A DNA stretch of 45,338 nt from Corallochytrium limacisporum Hawaii (Eukaryota; Protista; Pluriformea): positions 1 to 45,338 of the forward strand of contig PDIP01000076.1 of the NCBI GenBank assembly GCA_002811645.1, in the 5' to 3' direction. The translations under genes were made by a program, and so were the position numbers. The first letter of the stretch is position 1; each line of letters starts with the position of its first letter. Below the pieces are notes generated by a model. That model saw only the letters and a list, made by a program, of their open reading frames with translations, was not told the DNA's origin and ran no database searches. Positions 10,611-20,156 of the stretch are shown piece after piece.

Positions 10611-12398
10611 ATGGAGGGAATCCTTGCTAACGCCGCCCGGGTCTGTCCCCATGTCGCTCGTATGGGTACTGATGCCTTCCGTGGCATGCCCAAGCGTGAG
10701 ATTATGAAGCGCGCTCGCCACTGCCCAGTCATTTCCAACGGTATACATGATATGCAGAAGCGGAGCTTCAAGACTGTCGCTGGTAAGCGCTCCGCTGTTG
10801 AGTCTACCGCTGCGGCTGTCAACGACCAGGTCGTACCCGACGAGACCACCAAGCGTGAAAAGGTAACCAACAACAAGAACACACGGGTTATGGTGGAGGA
10901 ATCCAGGCCGGAAGATATCGTGGAAAGCCCCAGCGTGAAGGATGCAATGTCCACGGTAGAACGCTTGGAGAGGTTCAACGAGGTTCACAGGTTTGCGTTC
11001 CAGGGCCCCGCTTCTCCGTCCGAGTGCCCCGTAGCTTCCATGGCCGCATCGCTGAGGACCCAGGGCCAAGAAGCCGAGATACCAGCGCCCCAGACCATGG
11101 AAGATGCCATGGACATTGTCAACAAGAGCAAGGGTGGTGGGACAGTAGAAGTTTCCAAACACTCCTTCAATTATGATCACTTCTTCGCACAGAAGATTGA
11201 ACAGAAGCTCGCCGATAGAAGCTACCGCGTCTTTAAGAACATTAACCGTCTTGCGGAAAGCTTCCCTTACGCCGAGCGCGAGTACAAAGCGCAAGAGCGC
11301 AAGTTTGCCGTTTGGTGCTCGAACGATTATCTCGGCATGAGCCGCCACGATGTCGTGAAAGATACGGTAGGTACGGTCCTATCGCGCTATGGAGCCGGTT
11401 CTGGCGGCACGCGCAACATTGCCGGAAACGGCTACTTCCACCAGCTATTGGAAAAGTCTGTGGCCGACTTGCACGGCCACGACCGTGGTCTGGTGTTCTC
11501 GTCCTGCTTCGTTGCGAACGATGCGACCTTGAGTACCCTGGGCAAGCTTATGCCCGGACTCATCTACTACTCTGACGAGATGAATCACGCTAGCATGATC
11601 CAGGGTATCCGCAACTCTGGTGCAAAGAAGCGCGTTTTCAAGCACAATGACCTGCAGCACTTGGAAGAGTTGCTGGCAAAGGACGATCCTTCGGCACCGA
11701 AGGTAATTGCCTTCGAATCGGTCTACTCTATGTCCGGCTCCATTGCCCCTATCTCTGAGATCTGCGACCTCGCCAAGAAGTACGGTGCCCTGACTTTCCT
11801 GGACGAGGTTCACGCTGTTGGCATGTACGGACCTCGCGGTGCTGGTGTGGCGGAAGAGATGGGCATCGCCCAAAAGGTCGACATGTACACCGGCACCCTG
11901 GGTAAGGCCTACGGTGTTGTTGGTGGCTATGTTACCGGCTCTGCTCTGCTCATTGATATGCTCCGTTCCTACGCCCCCGGATTCATCTTCACCACCAGCT
12001 TGCCTCAGATGGTTGCTGCGGGAGCTTTGGCTTCCGTGGAGTACCTGAAGCAGTCTACAGCCGAACGTCAGGGCCAGCGTGAAAATGTGCGCATGGTAAA
12101 GGACATGTGTGCTGAGGCCAATCTCCCTGTGTTGGAGAACAACTCCCACATTGTGCCAGTGATTGTCGGCGATGCCGGCATTTGTCGCCAGATTTGTGAC
12201 GACCTACTGGAGGAATTTGACATCTATGTCCAGTCTATTAACTACCCGACGGTCCCGGTAGGCACCGAGCGTCTGCGCATCACTCCCACCCCCTACCACA
12301 ACAAGGATATGGCTGACCACCTAATCCACGCCTTAGACACGCTCTGGAAGCGCTACGACGTCCCCCGCGCGGACAAGATGAAGATGCCTGCCTACTGA
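10611..12398 (+). CDS. ALAS: 5-aminolevulinate synthase, mitochondrial
   Basis: [52 protein letters not shown]-lysine motif [15 protein letters not shown] and ERLRITP. Basic N-terminal presequence with CP motifs; gccATGg start context. Confidence 0.97.
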   Translation: MEGILANAARVCPHVARMGTDAFRGMPKREIMKRARHCPVISNGIHDMQKRSFKTVAGKRSAVESTAAAVNDQVVPDETTKREKVTNNKNTRVMVEESRPEDIVESPSVKDAMSTVERLERFNEVHRFAFQGPASPSECPVASMAASLRTQGQEAEIPAPQTMEDAMDIVNKSKGGGTVEVSKHSFNYDHFFAQKIEQKLADRSYRVFKNINRLAESFPYAEREYKAQERKFAVWCSNDYLGMSRHDVVKDTVGTVLSRYGAGSGGTRNIAGNGYFHQLLEKSVADLHGHDRGLVFSSCFVANDATLSTLGKLMPGLIYYSDEMNHASMIQGIRNSGAKKRVFKHNDLQHLEELLAKDDPSAPKVIAFESVYSMSGSIAPISEICDLAKKYGALTFLDEVHAVGMYGPRGAGVAEEMGIAQKVDMYTGTLGKAYGVVGGYVTGSALLIDMLRSYAPGFIFTTSLPQMVAAGALASVEYLKQSTAERQGQRENVRMVKDMCAEANLPVLENNSHIVPVIVGDAGICRQICDDLLEEFDIYVQSINYPTVPVGTERLRITPTPYHNKDMADHLIHALDTLWKRYDVPRADKMKMPAY

Positions 12399-13669
12399 AG
12401 CCCTCAGGTCTTGATCACACAACGCACATGATGAAACTTGTGGTGTCATGTGTATATTTCATTAGTATATATTTGTCAATTTTGTCTCCCTTGAAGCATG
12501 TTTCAGCAGATCCCAGCAATGAACGATGAATCCACAAAGATTGCGAATAGCATGTCCTTTGAAAGAATCAATACAGACACAATCAATGAAACATGACCCT
12601 AGGACATATGAAAGGAAATTGGAACCCGGTGAGTTGTTATAGAGTATACTTGTCACAGTCAACAAGCTCTGAATTACACTCGTGTGCGATCAGGTGTGTG
12701 CTCACAACGTGCTTCAATCACAAACTGCCCTGATCCTCATCAGAATCCGAAGGTGGGCCCCCCAAAACTTCGCGCAAACGAGTGTCGCCACCATTCGACC
12801 CCAACCCGGCAATAGACGTACCACCACCGCTCTGCTTATCATCACCTCACTCCCGGCCTTCTTCCCCCCCCCTCCCTTCCCCGTGCCCGCTTCGCTGACA
12901 AAAGGCGGTCTTCGCTCGATCGTACGAGATGGAGACTTCCCGGTAATTCCAAAGGGAAGGACTGCGCGTGTCCGGCGAAGCATTTGTCCGTTCTTTGGTC
13001 CAAAGCTGGAACACTCAGCATAAAATTTCCAGTTCTTTTTCACCTCCCTTTTTAATTTTCTTTTGCTTTTCTCCCCGGCTCTTTTTTCATGCGGAGAAGG
13101 CGGGAGGTGGAGTGAAACAGTCTTTGTGTCCGTGGCCGCTGGGTTTCCCTCCCCATCGTCCGTGGTCTGCGTGGTGGGAGGGGTTGGCCAAGTCGGCAAG
13201 TCCGCGTGTGTGGCTGTGAGGATAGGGCGGAGGGAGGGGGCGGAAGTGCGAGGTGAAGGAGTGGGTGGGTCTCCGGGCCGGATTTACGGCCTGAGGAAGC
13301 GCGTGTCTCCTGAAGCCCCCAAAAATTCAGGATATTTCAGAAAGTGATGGTCATCTCGCAGGTATTTCAGATGCGTGAGGTGATGTCAATTTCATAAGCC
13401 AATTTTTCCAGCCGAGCTGTTCTGCCGAAAGACTCGAGCATAGGAGAACGCTATGAAAGCAACCGTTCGATTGTGTACTGAAGTCATTCGTCCACACAAG
13501 TGGCCCCGGGAAAACGATTTTTAATGGACAGGCGTCCAGTTGCCGGTGATCATAATCAGCACTCACATGTTGCGAACAAGAATCAGGAAAATTTTGAAGA
13601 CAGTGATAGTACGGATTGGCAAGCAGTGCTGACCAGACCAAGCAACAGGCCACACTTACTGGTTAGGGG

Positions 13670-14155
13670 ATGTTGAGTTTCTGCCCGTTTTGTGCCAACG
13701 TATTGGTCGTGGAAGGACCTGAAGGGAATCTCCTCGCGACAGACTCAACAGCCGACCATATCGGTCATCATCCGTCTGCAACTTCGGCCGTTCCTTACGA
13801 CGACAGGGAGGACACCGACGACGAAGACTACAACCCACAACACTCCCGCGGGAATCAGGAGAACCTGCAGGGCAGGATCCGCAGTACCTACGCCCTACGG
13901 TGTGTCACATGCCCATACCGCTACGATATACGACACAAGATCACGAGCCGTCGGTACAACGAACTCAAGGCAATTGACGAGGTTATGGGCGGAGCTGACG
14001 CATGGGAGAACGTAGATTCAACCGAAGCAGAGTGTCCGAAGTGTGGCAATCCTAGGGCATACTATCGTATGATGCAAACCCGGAGTGCTGACGAGCCTAT
14101 GACCGTATTCTACCGCTGTACAAATCACGAGTGTGCCCATCAGTGGAGAGAGTAG
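13670..14155 (+). CDS. POLR3K: RNA polymerase III subunit RPC11 (C11/RPC10)
   Basis: N-terminal Zn ribbon MLSFCPFCAN...CVTCPY; DEVMGGADAWENVD linker; TFIIS-like ribbon CPKC...QTRSADEPMTVFYRC...C.HQWRE. Confidence 0.95.
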   Translation: MLSFCPFCANVLVVEGPEGNLLATDSTADHIGHHPSATSAVPYDDREDTDDEDYNPQHSRGNQENLQGRIRSTYALRCVTCPYRYDIRHKITSRRYNELKAIDEVMGGADAWENVDSTEAECPKCGNPRAYYRMMQTRSADEPMTVFYRCTNHECAHQWRE

Positions 14156-14221
14156 AAGACAATAGCGGAAAGGGAGACCGGATCATTTACCGTTCCAACT
14201 TAATAACAACAAACCACAGCC

Positions 14222-16126
14222 ATGCCAGACTCATATGAATTCACCCCCCGTAATTCTGCGACACCGCTCTTCCGGGACTTGACGATTCCCCTTGAAAAGA
14301 AGCGGCAGTGGCTGCACTATCTGTACGTCAGTCACGCCTTTTCAGCCTTTGGGAATCGCCTGTTCGAATTTGCGGTGCCCATCATGCTGGCTGTAGCTGA
14401 CATCAGCCGCAGTTCCGGCGACAGCGGCGGAGGCGACCTGACCTCCGTCGCGCTGTTTAGCATCGGTATCACTCTAACCCGGACATTATTTGCCGCCAAA
14501 ATCGGGGCCCTTACGGACCGTTGGCAACACCATCACCGCGTTAGGGCTGCTGGCTACCTAATCGCCGTCGATAACGGCCTGGTCATAATTGTGGCTGTCC
14601 TGATCTGGCTCCGATGCGTATCTACCACTCCTGACAGCTTGATGTCTTGGGTTATGCTCGCTGCGGCAGTGCTTATGGCCTGTTGCCAGACTCTGAGCGG
14701 AGTCGGCGGCTCCATCCTTGTCGAAAAAAACTGGGTCCGTAGCATCTGCCACGCAACCGCCACCTCAGACATGGACGACGACTCCAGTGAAGACCAGCAG
14801 CAAGGAAATATTGGAACGGGCAGAAGGGGATCAGAATTGTCGGACGAGGCCAAGGCCATGGTGCTTCTGTCCGAGGCCAATTCGGTGATGAGACGCATCG
14901 ATCTGACCTGCAAGTTCAGCGCACCGGTCCTTGTTGGTGTCATGGACGCCGTCAGTGACAATCCGGCCGCGCAAGTGGCCATTATAGCTATCCTGCTCGT
15001 GGCGTGGAATGTTGTCACGGGCCTTCCCGAGTTTCTTTTGCTGCGCAGACAGCAGGCTCTACAACGAAAGGAACAGACTCGTATCCTGCGTCACGGGCCG
15101 ACAGCGCCCGCAGCGGATGCCATCCCACCCTTGACACTGGCCGGCCAGTTTGCAGTCCAAGACAGAGCATACGAAGAGCACTCTGACCTGCGCTTGACAG
15201 CGGACAGTGTCCCCGAGGAAGATAATCTCGAAGATGAAGTTGATTACAATCAGCGTCACGACGACTATTACGCCCGATTACAGCTTCAACATGGTGATGA
15301 GGATGACCATGACGAAGAAACAACAGACAACGAATGGAAGAAGGAAAGCAACACGTTCACTGTCGTGTTTGTGGAGAACCTACACATTACCCTTAGTGTC
15401 GTTGGACTGGGATGTCTGTACTTTACGGTGCTGTCCTATTCCGCAATTATGCTGGGAGCGCTGGCAGCCCGTGGCGTCGGCGTGACGGTAATGGCTGTTT
15501 GTCGTGCACTCGCGTCCATGGTCGGCCTGAGTAGCACTTTTGTATTCACATGGCTCCGGCAGACCCAGTCGAACACGAATCACTCCAACGGTGAGATTGA
15601 TAAGGACCAGTATTGCTTGATCAAGCCAGCGTGGCGCGTAGCCATGTTGGGTGTCTGTTCGCAGTGGTTCAGTCTTCTGTTGGGTCTCTGGGGGATCTTT
15701 GTGTTCTTTGATGACGATTACCAGAACCAGCCTTCCGATGGAAGTAGCGTAGGTGCCTGGGGCATGCCTGCGCCCATCTGGGCCTTGGTCCTGCTAAACC
15801 TGGGAGTCATTGCGAGCCGCTGGGGTCTGTGGACCTTTGACCTTGGCGTCCTGCAAATGGTACAAGAAGGCGCGCCGGATGTCGTCCAGGGCCGTCTTAT
15901 GGGCGTCCAGGAGAGCGTCAATGCCTTCTTTGAATTGCTCATGGCAATGTTAGTGCTCGTGGTCTTTCCATCGAGCTCGGACTTCCCCGCACTCTCGGTG
16001 CTTTCGATGGTGGGCGTGACGATGTCGCTGGTACTCCATGCGGTGCAGGGCGTGGTGAACTTCGCACGGGCCCGCATTAGTCGCCGTTATTCGAGGCTGT
16101 CAAACCAGAACCTTGATGTACTTTAG
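14222..16126 (+). CDS. SLC40A1: Ferroportin family (SLC40/IREG) metal exporter
   Basis: LYVSHAFSAFGNRLFEFAV, ILVEKNWV, NSVMRRIDL.CK..AP, LYFTVLS, SRWGLWTFDL and GVQESVN match the ferroportin family. Multiple TM helices and a central acidic loop. Confidence 0.92.
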   Translation: MPDSYEFTPRNSATPLFRDLTIPLEKKRQWLHYLYVSHAFSAFGNRLFEFAVPIMLAVADISRSSGDSGGGDLTSVALFSIGITLTRTLFAAKIGALTDRWQHHHRVRAAGYLIAVDNGLVIIVAVLIWLRCVSTTPDSLMSWVMLAAAVLMACCQTLSGVGGSILVEKNWVRSICHATATSDMDDDSSEDQQQGNIGTGRRGSELSDEAKAMVLLSEANSVMRRIDLTCKFSAPVLVGVMDAVSDNPAAQVAIIAILLVAWNVVTGLPEFLLLRRQQALQRKEQTRILRHGPTAPAADAIPPLTLAGQFAVQDRAYEEHSDLRLTADSVPEEDNLEDEVDYNQRHDDYYARLQLQHGDEDDHDEETTDNEWKKESNTFTVVFVENLHITLSVVGLGCLYFTVLSYSAIMLGALAARGVGVTVMAVCRALASMVGLSSTFVFTWLRQTQSNTNHSNGEIDKDQYCLIKPAWRVAMLGVCSQWFSLLLGLWGIFVFFDDDYQNQPSDGSSVGAWGMPAPIWALVLLNLGVIASRWGLWTFDLGVLQMVQEGAPDVVQGRLMGVQESVNAFFELLMAMLVLVVFPSSSDFPALSVLSMVGVTMSLVLHAVQGVVNFARARISRRYSRLSNQNLDVL

Positions 16127-16234
16127 TCTGTGTGCGATCAAAATCGAACAACACAAGAAACACATGCGAGTTTTGTAATTTTAGTACAAGTTTTATCCAA
16201 ACAACCATGTTCACAAGTTTTTGGCCCTTTCTTT

Positions 16235-19200
16235 TCATAGTCCATCATGACCACTGGTCGGCAGATCTAGGCCCGTCATGATCTCGTCAACGTCCTGTAC
16301 CAAAGAGCCTTCCTCGAGCGCGGCGAGATCGGTGCGGGTGCCAAGCTCTGGGTTTGCCGCTGTTGGCAATGTCCGAGACGAGGTGGCCTTGCCGCCCGCC
16401 CCGCGTATGAACTGCTTCTGCCGCTGCCACCGATTTGTCGCACGCAGATTCATCTGCCGCATGGACAGGTCATTCACCACATGTAGTTCCTGGGCCATGA
16501 TGTTCAGGTATGTCCATACAAAGTTGTCCAGAACTAGATCGGAGAAGTCTTCAGGTGTCGCGGAGGCCTTGGCCAGATTCTCCAGCTCCCTCCTGGACGC
16601 AAGGCGCAGCTTCGACCGCTCCGATTCGTTTACATTATCCTCACCTTTATCAAATTTGCCGACTCCGTTTGGCTCTTCTTCAAGTACCGCAGCCATCGCG
16701 CGAACACCTTTGGAGCGGATACCGGGGACGTCGTCCTGTTGTTGCTGCTCTTGCGGGTCACCATCGCTATTCTCGTCCTGCTCTTGCGCATCATCGTGAT
16801 CGTCATTGTCACCCCGATCCTGGTCCTTCTCCAGAGACGCGAGGTACGCCAAACGGCGCGCACGCTTTCCCGGAGAAATGCGCTTCGAACGACGGGGCTG
16901 TGGCACCGCTGCTCTGCCGTCGCCGGTACCTTTTTCATCGTCGTCATTCCATCCGTCGGCTGGTGTCTTCCGTTTATGACCTGATGACAACCGAGGCGCA
17001 TTACCTTCAATGACAGTCTTCCGCTTCTTCGACGGTGACTTTTCCTCGTCGCAGACCTCCGGCTCATAGTCCTCACTATCCTTGTCCACGCTGTCTTCAT
17101 CTGCCAAGTCTTCGCTGTCGTCATCACTGTTCAGATCGGCAGCGGTGCGCATGGGTTTCTTTTTCTTTGGTTTCGGTTTCTGCTCCTGAAGTTGATGTGG
17201 TACCACTGCGGGACGTCCCGACGGCAATTGCGTCCCTTGGTTTCCTGCCGCCGACTTGTCAACAGGGTCGTCATCATCATCCTCTCCGAGCACAATGTGT
17301 TGCGTGTCCGCATCAGTGGACGAAGTGTTGTGCAGAACAGGCGGTGAGCAAGCAAGCCGCGCTTTGTCCGTATCCCTCGGCGTCGTGGTTGTGTTCGCGA
17401 CCTCTGACGTGGACGGTACCTGTCCCTCGGGCCCGGTGCTGTGGCCTCCGGCGCTGGACGAGGCGGCCGTGGGTGTCTTCTGCAGAGGACATGGTGTGTC
17501 CCCAACGGACAACAACGGCATTCCTGCCAATAGACGGCGTCCGGTCGCGTGCAACGGAAGCAGTGGCGTGCTCAGGATGCCTCCGTTGCTGTTCTTGGGC
17601 TTTTCACTCTCATCGGTGACGTTGTCCTTCGTGGTGGTCGTCGGACTGATTCTGCTGCGATTGCCGCCCTTGCTAGAGGGCGAAACAGCGCTGGTCCGGG
17701 CCACGCCCAGCCAGGAGAGTGCCTTGGTGAAGTAGCCGAGGTAGCCCTCCTGCGACTTCTCCTGCGACTCTTCTTCCTCTTCGTCTGGCCTTTGGTCGCT
17801 CCCTTGGTGATCGACATCGCCATCATCATCTTCCTCACTTTGCTGTCCCGAATCGTCATTCTTCCCCCGATACAGACCTACTTCGTCGGGGTAGCTGTTG
17901 TGGGGCAGACTAGCGGTTCGTTTCTTGGAGCCGGACTCTGTGGTCGGGTCGCAGAGATGGTGCCTCGTGTTGGGTCGCGAGACTTTATCACGACTCCCTT
18001 CATTTTCGTCCACAGTGTCGAGACTCACTGCCAGAGTGTATTCTGGAGACACTTGCGACTGTTTGGTGTTCTCCTTGTCTTGACTAGCCTCATTGCTCCG
18101 TGATTTGGAGCGAGATTTCTTAGCGATTGACAGGTTTTCTGCGGATTTGCTTTGGCTATTTTGCAGACCAAAGATGACCGAACTCGATGTGTTCCGAACC
18201 GGCGTCAGTTCCCGAAGCGCTGGGGGTTCGGGAGTGTCGTCCATGAGGCGCTGGGCAGTGTTCTGGCTGCTCTTCGAAGCTTCAGGAGTCTTGATCCCTG
18301 CGTTCTCAACCGGTCTTCGCTGCTGCGCACGGGCTGGTGTCGACGTAAAACTATCAATGCTCTGCATCGACTGCACTTCATTCTGTTGAATTCCGTCGAA
18401 GTCAAGGCTCATTTCCACGCTAATGTTGGCAACTGGTTGGGATGCAACGCTGTCCACTGGGCTGCCCAATTTGCCTTGAGCCACAATCATCCGTGGAGTG
18501 ATTGCCCCAGGATGCTCCGGTGCTGTTCCTTCTGCTTCCACCTGTGCAGGTACCGACGGTTGCACAGAAACCGACTGTGTACCTTCAGAAGGATTAGTTA
18601 CAGGGCTTGCACCTTTGTGTGCAGGCAGAGGTGGCGGAAGCATCTTCTTCAGACGCTCCTGGATACCGGGGGGGAAGACAGGGTTCGTTGCGGAGACAGC
18701 TTGGGTCTCCTGGAATACGCCATGTCTTTCAGCGAGCGATTCCTCGTAGTCAAGATTGAGATCGTCACCCATGGGGCCCATAAGGGCTTGTGTCTCGCTC
18801 AGGCCCAGTTCAGGTGCACGCTGTGACGAACGGTGAGCTGGGGATCCGGCCATGGGACCGGAAACTGCGGGCGCTTCGGTGAAGCTGCGCTCCGCACACT
18901 GTTGTTGCAGTTGCGGCTGCGGCGGCGACGGCGACTGCGACTGTGGCTGATTGGCCTGTTGGGCTGGTGTCGTCGACTCGACGGAGGTACGCTGGTTCGA
19001 CGCTTCGGTGACGTCTTCTGGAGTGGGATCCGATCGCGAATGATCGGCCTCCTCCACAGTGTTCTGCTCCAGAGATCGCGCCTTCGTCAGTTCGGTTGCC
19101 GTCGCCTGTTTCTGCTGCTGCTGTTGCTGTCGTGTCCGACTACCAAATCCTTTACGGTCCTCAAGTATTTGAATGCGCTCCCTCATCCAAGGATCGTCGT

Positions 19201-19816
19201 AGCCGCGCTCCAAGGCCCCCCCGTGCCAAAGTTTAAGCTTCTCCAGATCATTTTCATACTCTGTGAGATCGTGTTCGATTTCCCAGTTCTTCTTTGTTTC
19301 CATAGGGGCTAGTCGATACAGATGCATGACCATCCACATGCTCTTGGTTTTGGCCTGCAGAACCTCTTCAGCGGCGTCAGAGCTCACTATGATCTGCCCT
19401 TGTCGAATCAAATCTAGGCGCTTCTGGACCTCGCTATCGAGGATCACGTCCATGGGATCGCCAATGGCCAGACAATTCTCCGATCCGATAAAGTCGAAGC
19501 CATGAATCTCTAACAAGATTTTGTGGGCACCGTCCGGATATTGCAGTTTAGCTTTAGTGATGAGAACCAGGCCGCCTTTTAGATCTCGAAGATCGTTGCT
19601 ACAGTGCTCTTGAGTCCGTAGCTTCTTTATGCATGGGGTTGTGAACTCCGTTTCGATGTGATAGTTACCATCGCTTACCTGACCCCGCACAGCTTGCAAC
19701 GAAGTCACAGTGTCTGCATCCTGGCTCACTTGAATAATCTGTGCCGTAACGCCCTGTTTCACTTTCCCGTTCAAGACGGTGTCTCTGATCCACTGTTCCT
19801 TCAAGAATAGTGCCAT
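16235..19816 (-). CDS. ACD: TPP1/Est3/Tpz1-like telomere protein (N-terminal OB fold, long disordered tail)
   Basis: The first ~135 aa (QWIRDTVL, AQIIQV, QVSDGNYHI, GGLVLI, F.FIGSE, GDP, DSEVQKRL) follow the TPP1 OB pattern (human PWIRELIL, GQLLEV, LVSDGTHSV, DLDVQKKL, recalled). The rest is low complexity with NLS-like basic clusters. Confidence 0.75.
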   Translation of the reverse strand: MALFLKEQWIRDTVLNGKVKQGVTAQIIQVSQDADTVTSLQAVRGQVSDGNYHIETEFTTPCIKKLRTQEHCSNDLRDLKGGLVLITKAKLQYPDGAHKILLEIHGFDFIGSENCLAIGDPMDVILDSEVQKRLDLIRQGQIIVSSDAAEEVLQAKTKSMWMVMHLYRLAPMETKKNWEIEHDLTEYENDLEKLKLWHGGALERGYDDPWMRERIQILEDRKGFGSRTRQQQQQQKQATATELTKARSLEQNTVEEADHSRSDPTPEDVTEASNQRTSVESTTPAQQANQPQSQSPSPPQPQLQQQCAERSFTEAPAVSGPMAGSPAHRSSQRAPELGLSETQALMGPMGDDLNLDYEESLAERHGVFQETQAVSATNPVFPPGIQERLKKMLPPPLPAHKGASPVTNPSEGTQSVSVQPSVPAQVEAEGTAPEHPGAITPRMIVAQGKLGSPVDSVASQPVANISVEMSLDFDGIQQNEVQSMQSIDSFTSTPARAQQRRPVENAGIKTPEASKSSQNTAQRLMDDTPEPPALRELTPVRNTSSSVIFGLQNSQSKSAENLSIAKKSRSKSRSNEASQDKENTKQSQVSPEYTLAVSLDTVDENEGSRDKVSRPNTRHHLCDPTTESGSKKRTASLPHNSYPDEVGLYRGKNDDSGQQSEEDDDGDVDHQGSDQRPDEEEEESQEKSQEGYLGYFTKALSWLGVARTSAVSPSSKGGNRSRISPTTTTKDNVTDESEKPKNSNGGILSTPLLPLHATGRRLLAGMPLLSVGDTPCPLQKTPTAASSSAGGHSTGPEGQVPSTSEVANTTTTPRDTDKARLACSPPVLHNTSSTDADTQHIVLGEDDDDDPVDKSAAGNQGTQLPSGRPAVVPHQLQEQKPKPKKKKPMRTAADLNSDDDSEDLADEDSVDKDSEDYEPEVCDEEKSPSKKRKTVIEGNAPRLSSGHKRKTPADGWNDDDEKGTGDGRAAVPQPRRSKRISPGKRARRLAYLASLEKDQDRGDNDDHDDAQEQDENSDGDPQEQQQQDDVPGIRSKGVRAMAAVLEEEPNGVGKFDKGEDNVNESERSKLRLASRRELENLAKASATPEDFSDLVLDNFVWTYLNIMAQELHVVNDLSMRQMNLRATNRWQRQKQFIRGAGGKATSSRTLPTAANPELGTRTDLAALEEGSLVQDVDEIMTGLDLPTSGHDGL

Positions 19817-20156
19817 CGTTTCCCTGATATTTTTGACCTCTTTCTGCTCCTCACAGACCTACATCATGTATAGCACATTTGACGTACTGTCGCTTAGGAC
19901 ACGTTCCGATTCCGCTGATCGAACTTACCATGAGCTCATCACTGCCTGTACATTCTTGGGTTGGTCTCACTCTGAAATAACCTCTCTCCCGTCTTTGGGG
20001 AGGGAGGGGAAGGCTGGTTTTGCGCGCGAAAGTAGAGCTCGGCAACGGGGGGAGAACCTGCCCCGCGGGTGTGGGATGTCTCGGTGCCTTGAAACGAAGA
20101 GACTCGGACGAGAAAAAAAGGAGTCTCTCCTGTGGAAAAAGAAAGGTGGTATGCTT

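Noticed and set aside
13590-14221. IRE upstream of ferroportin (CAGTGA at 13601, CAGTGC at 13624, CAGTGG at 14141)
   Set aside because: None has a complementary 5-bp upper stem with a C bulge.
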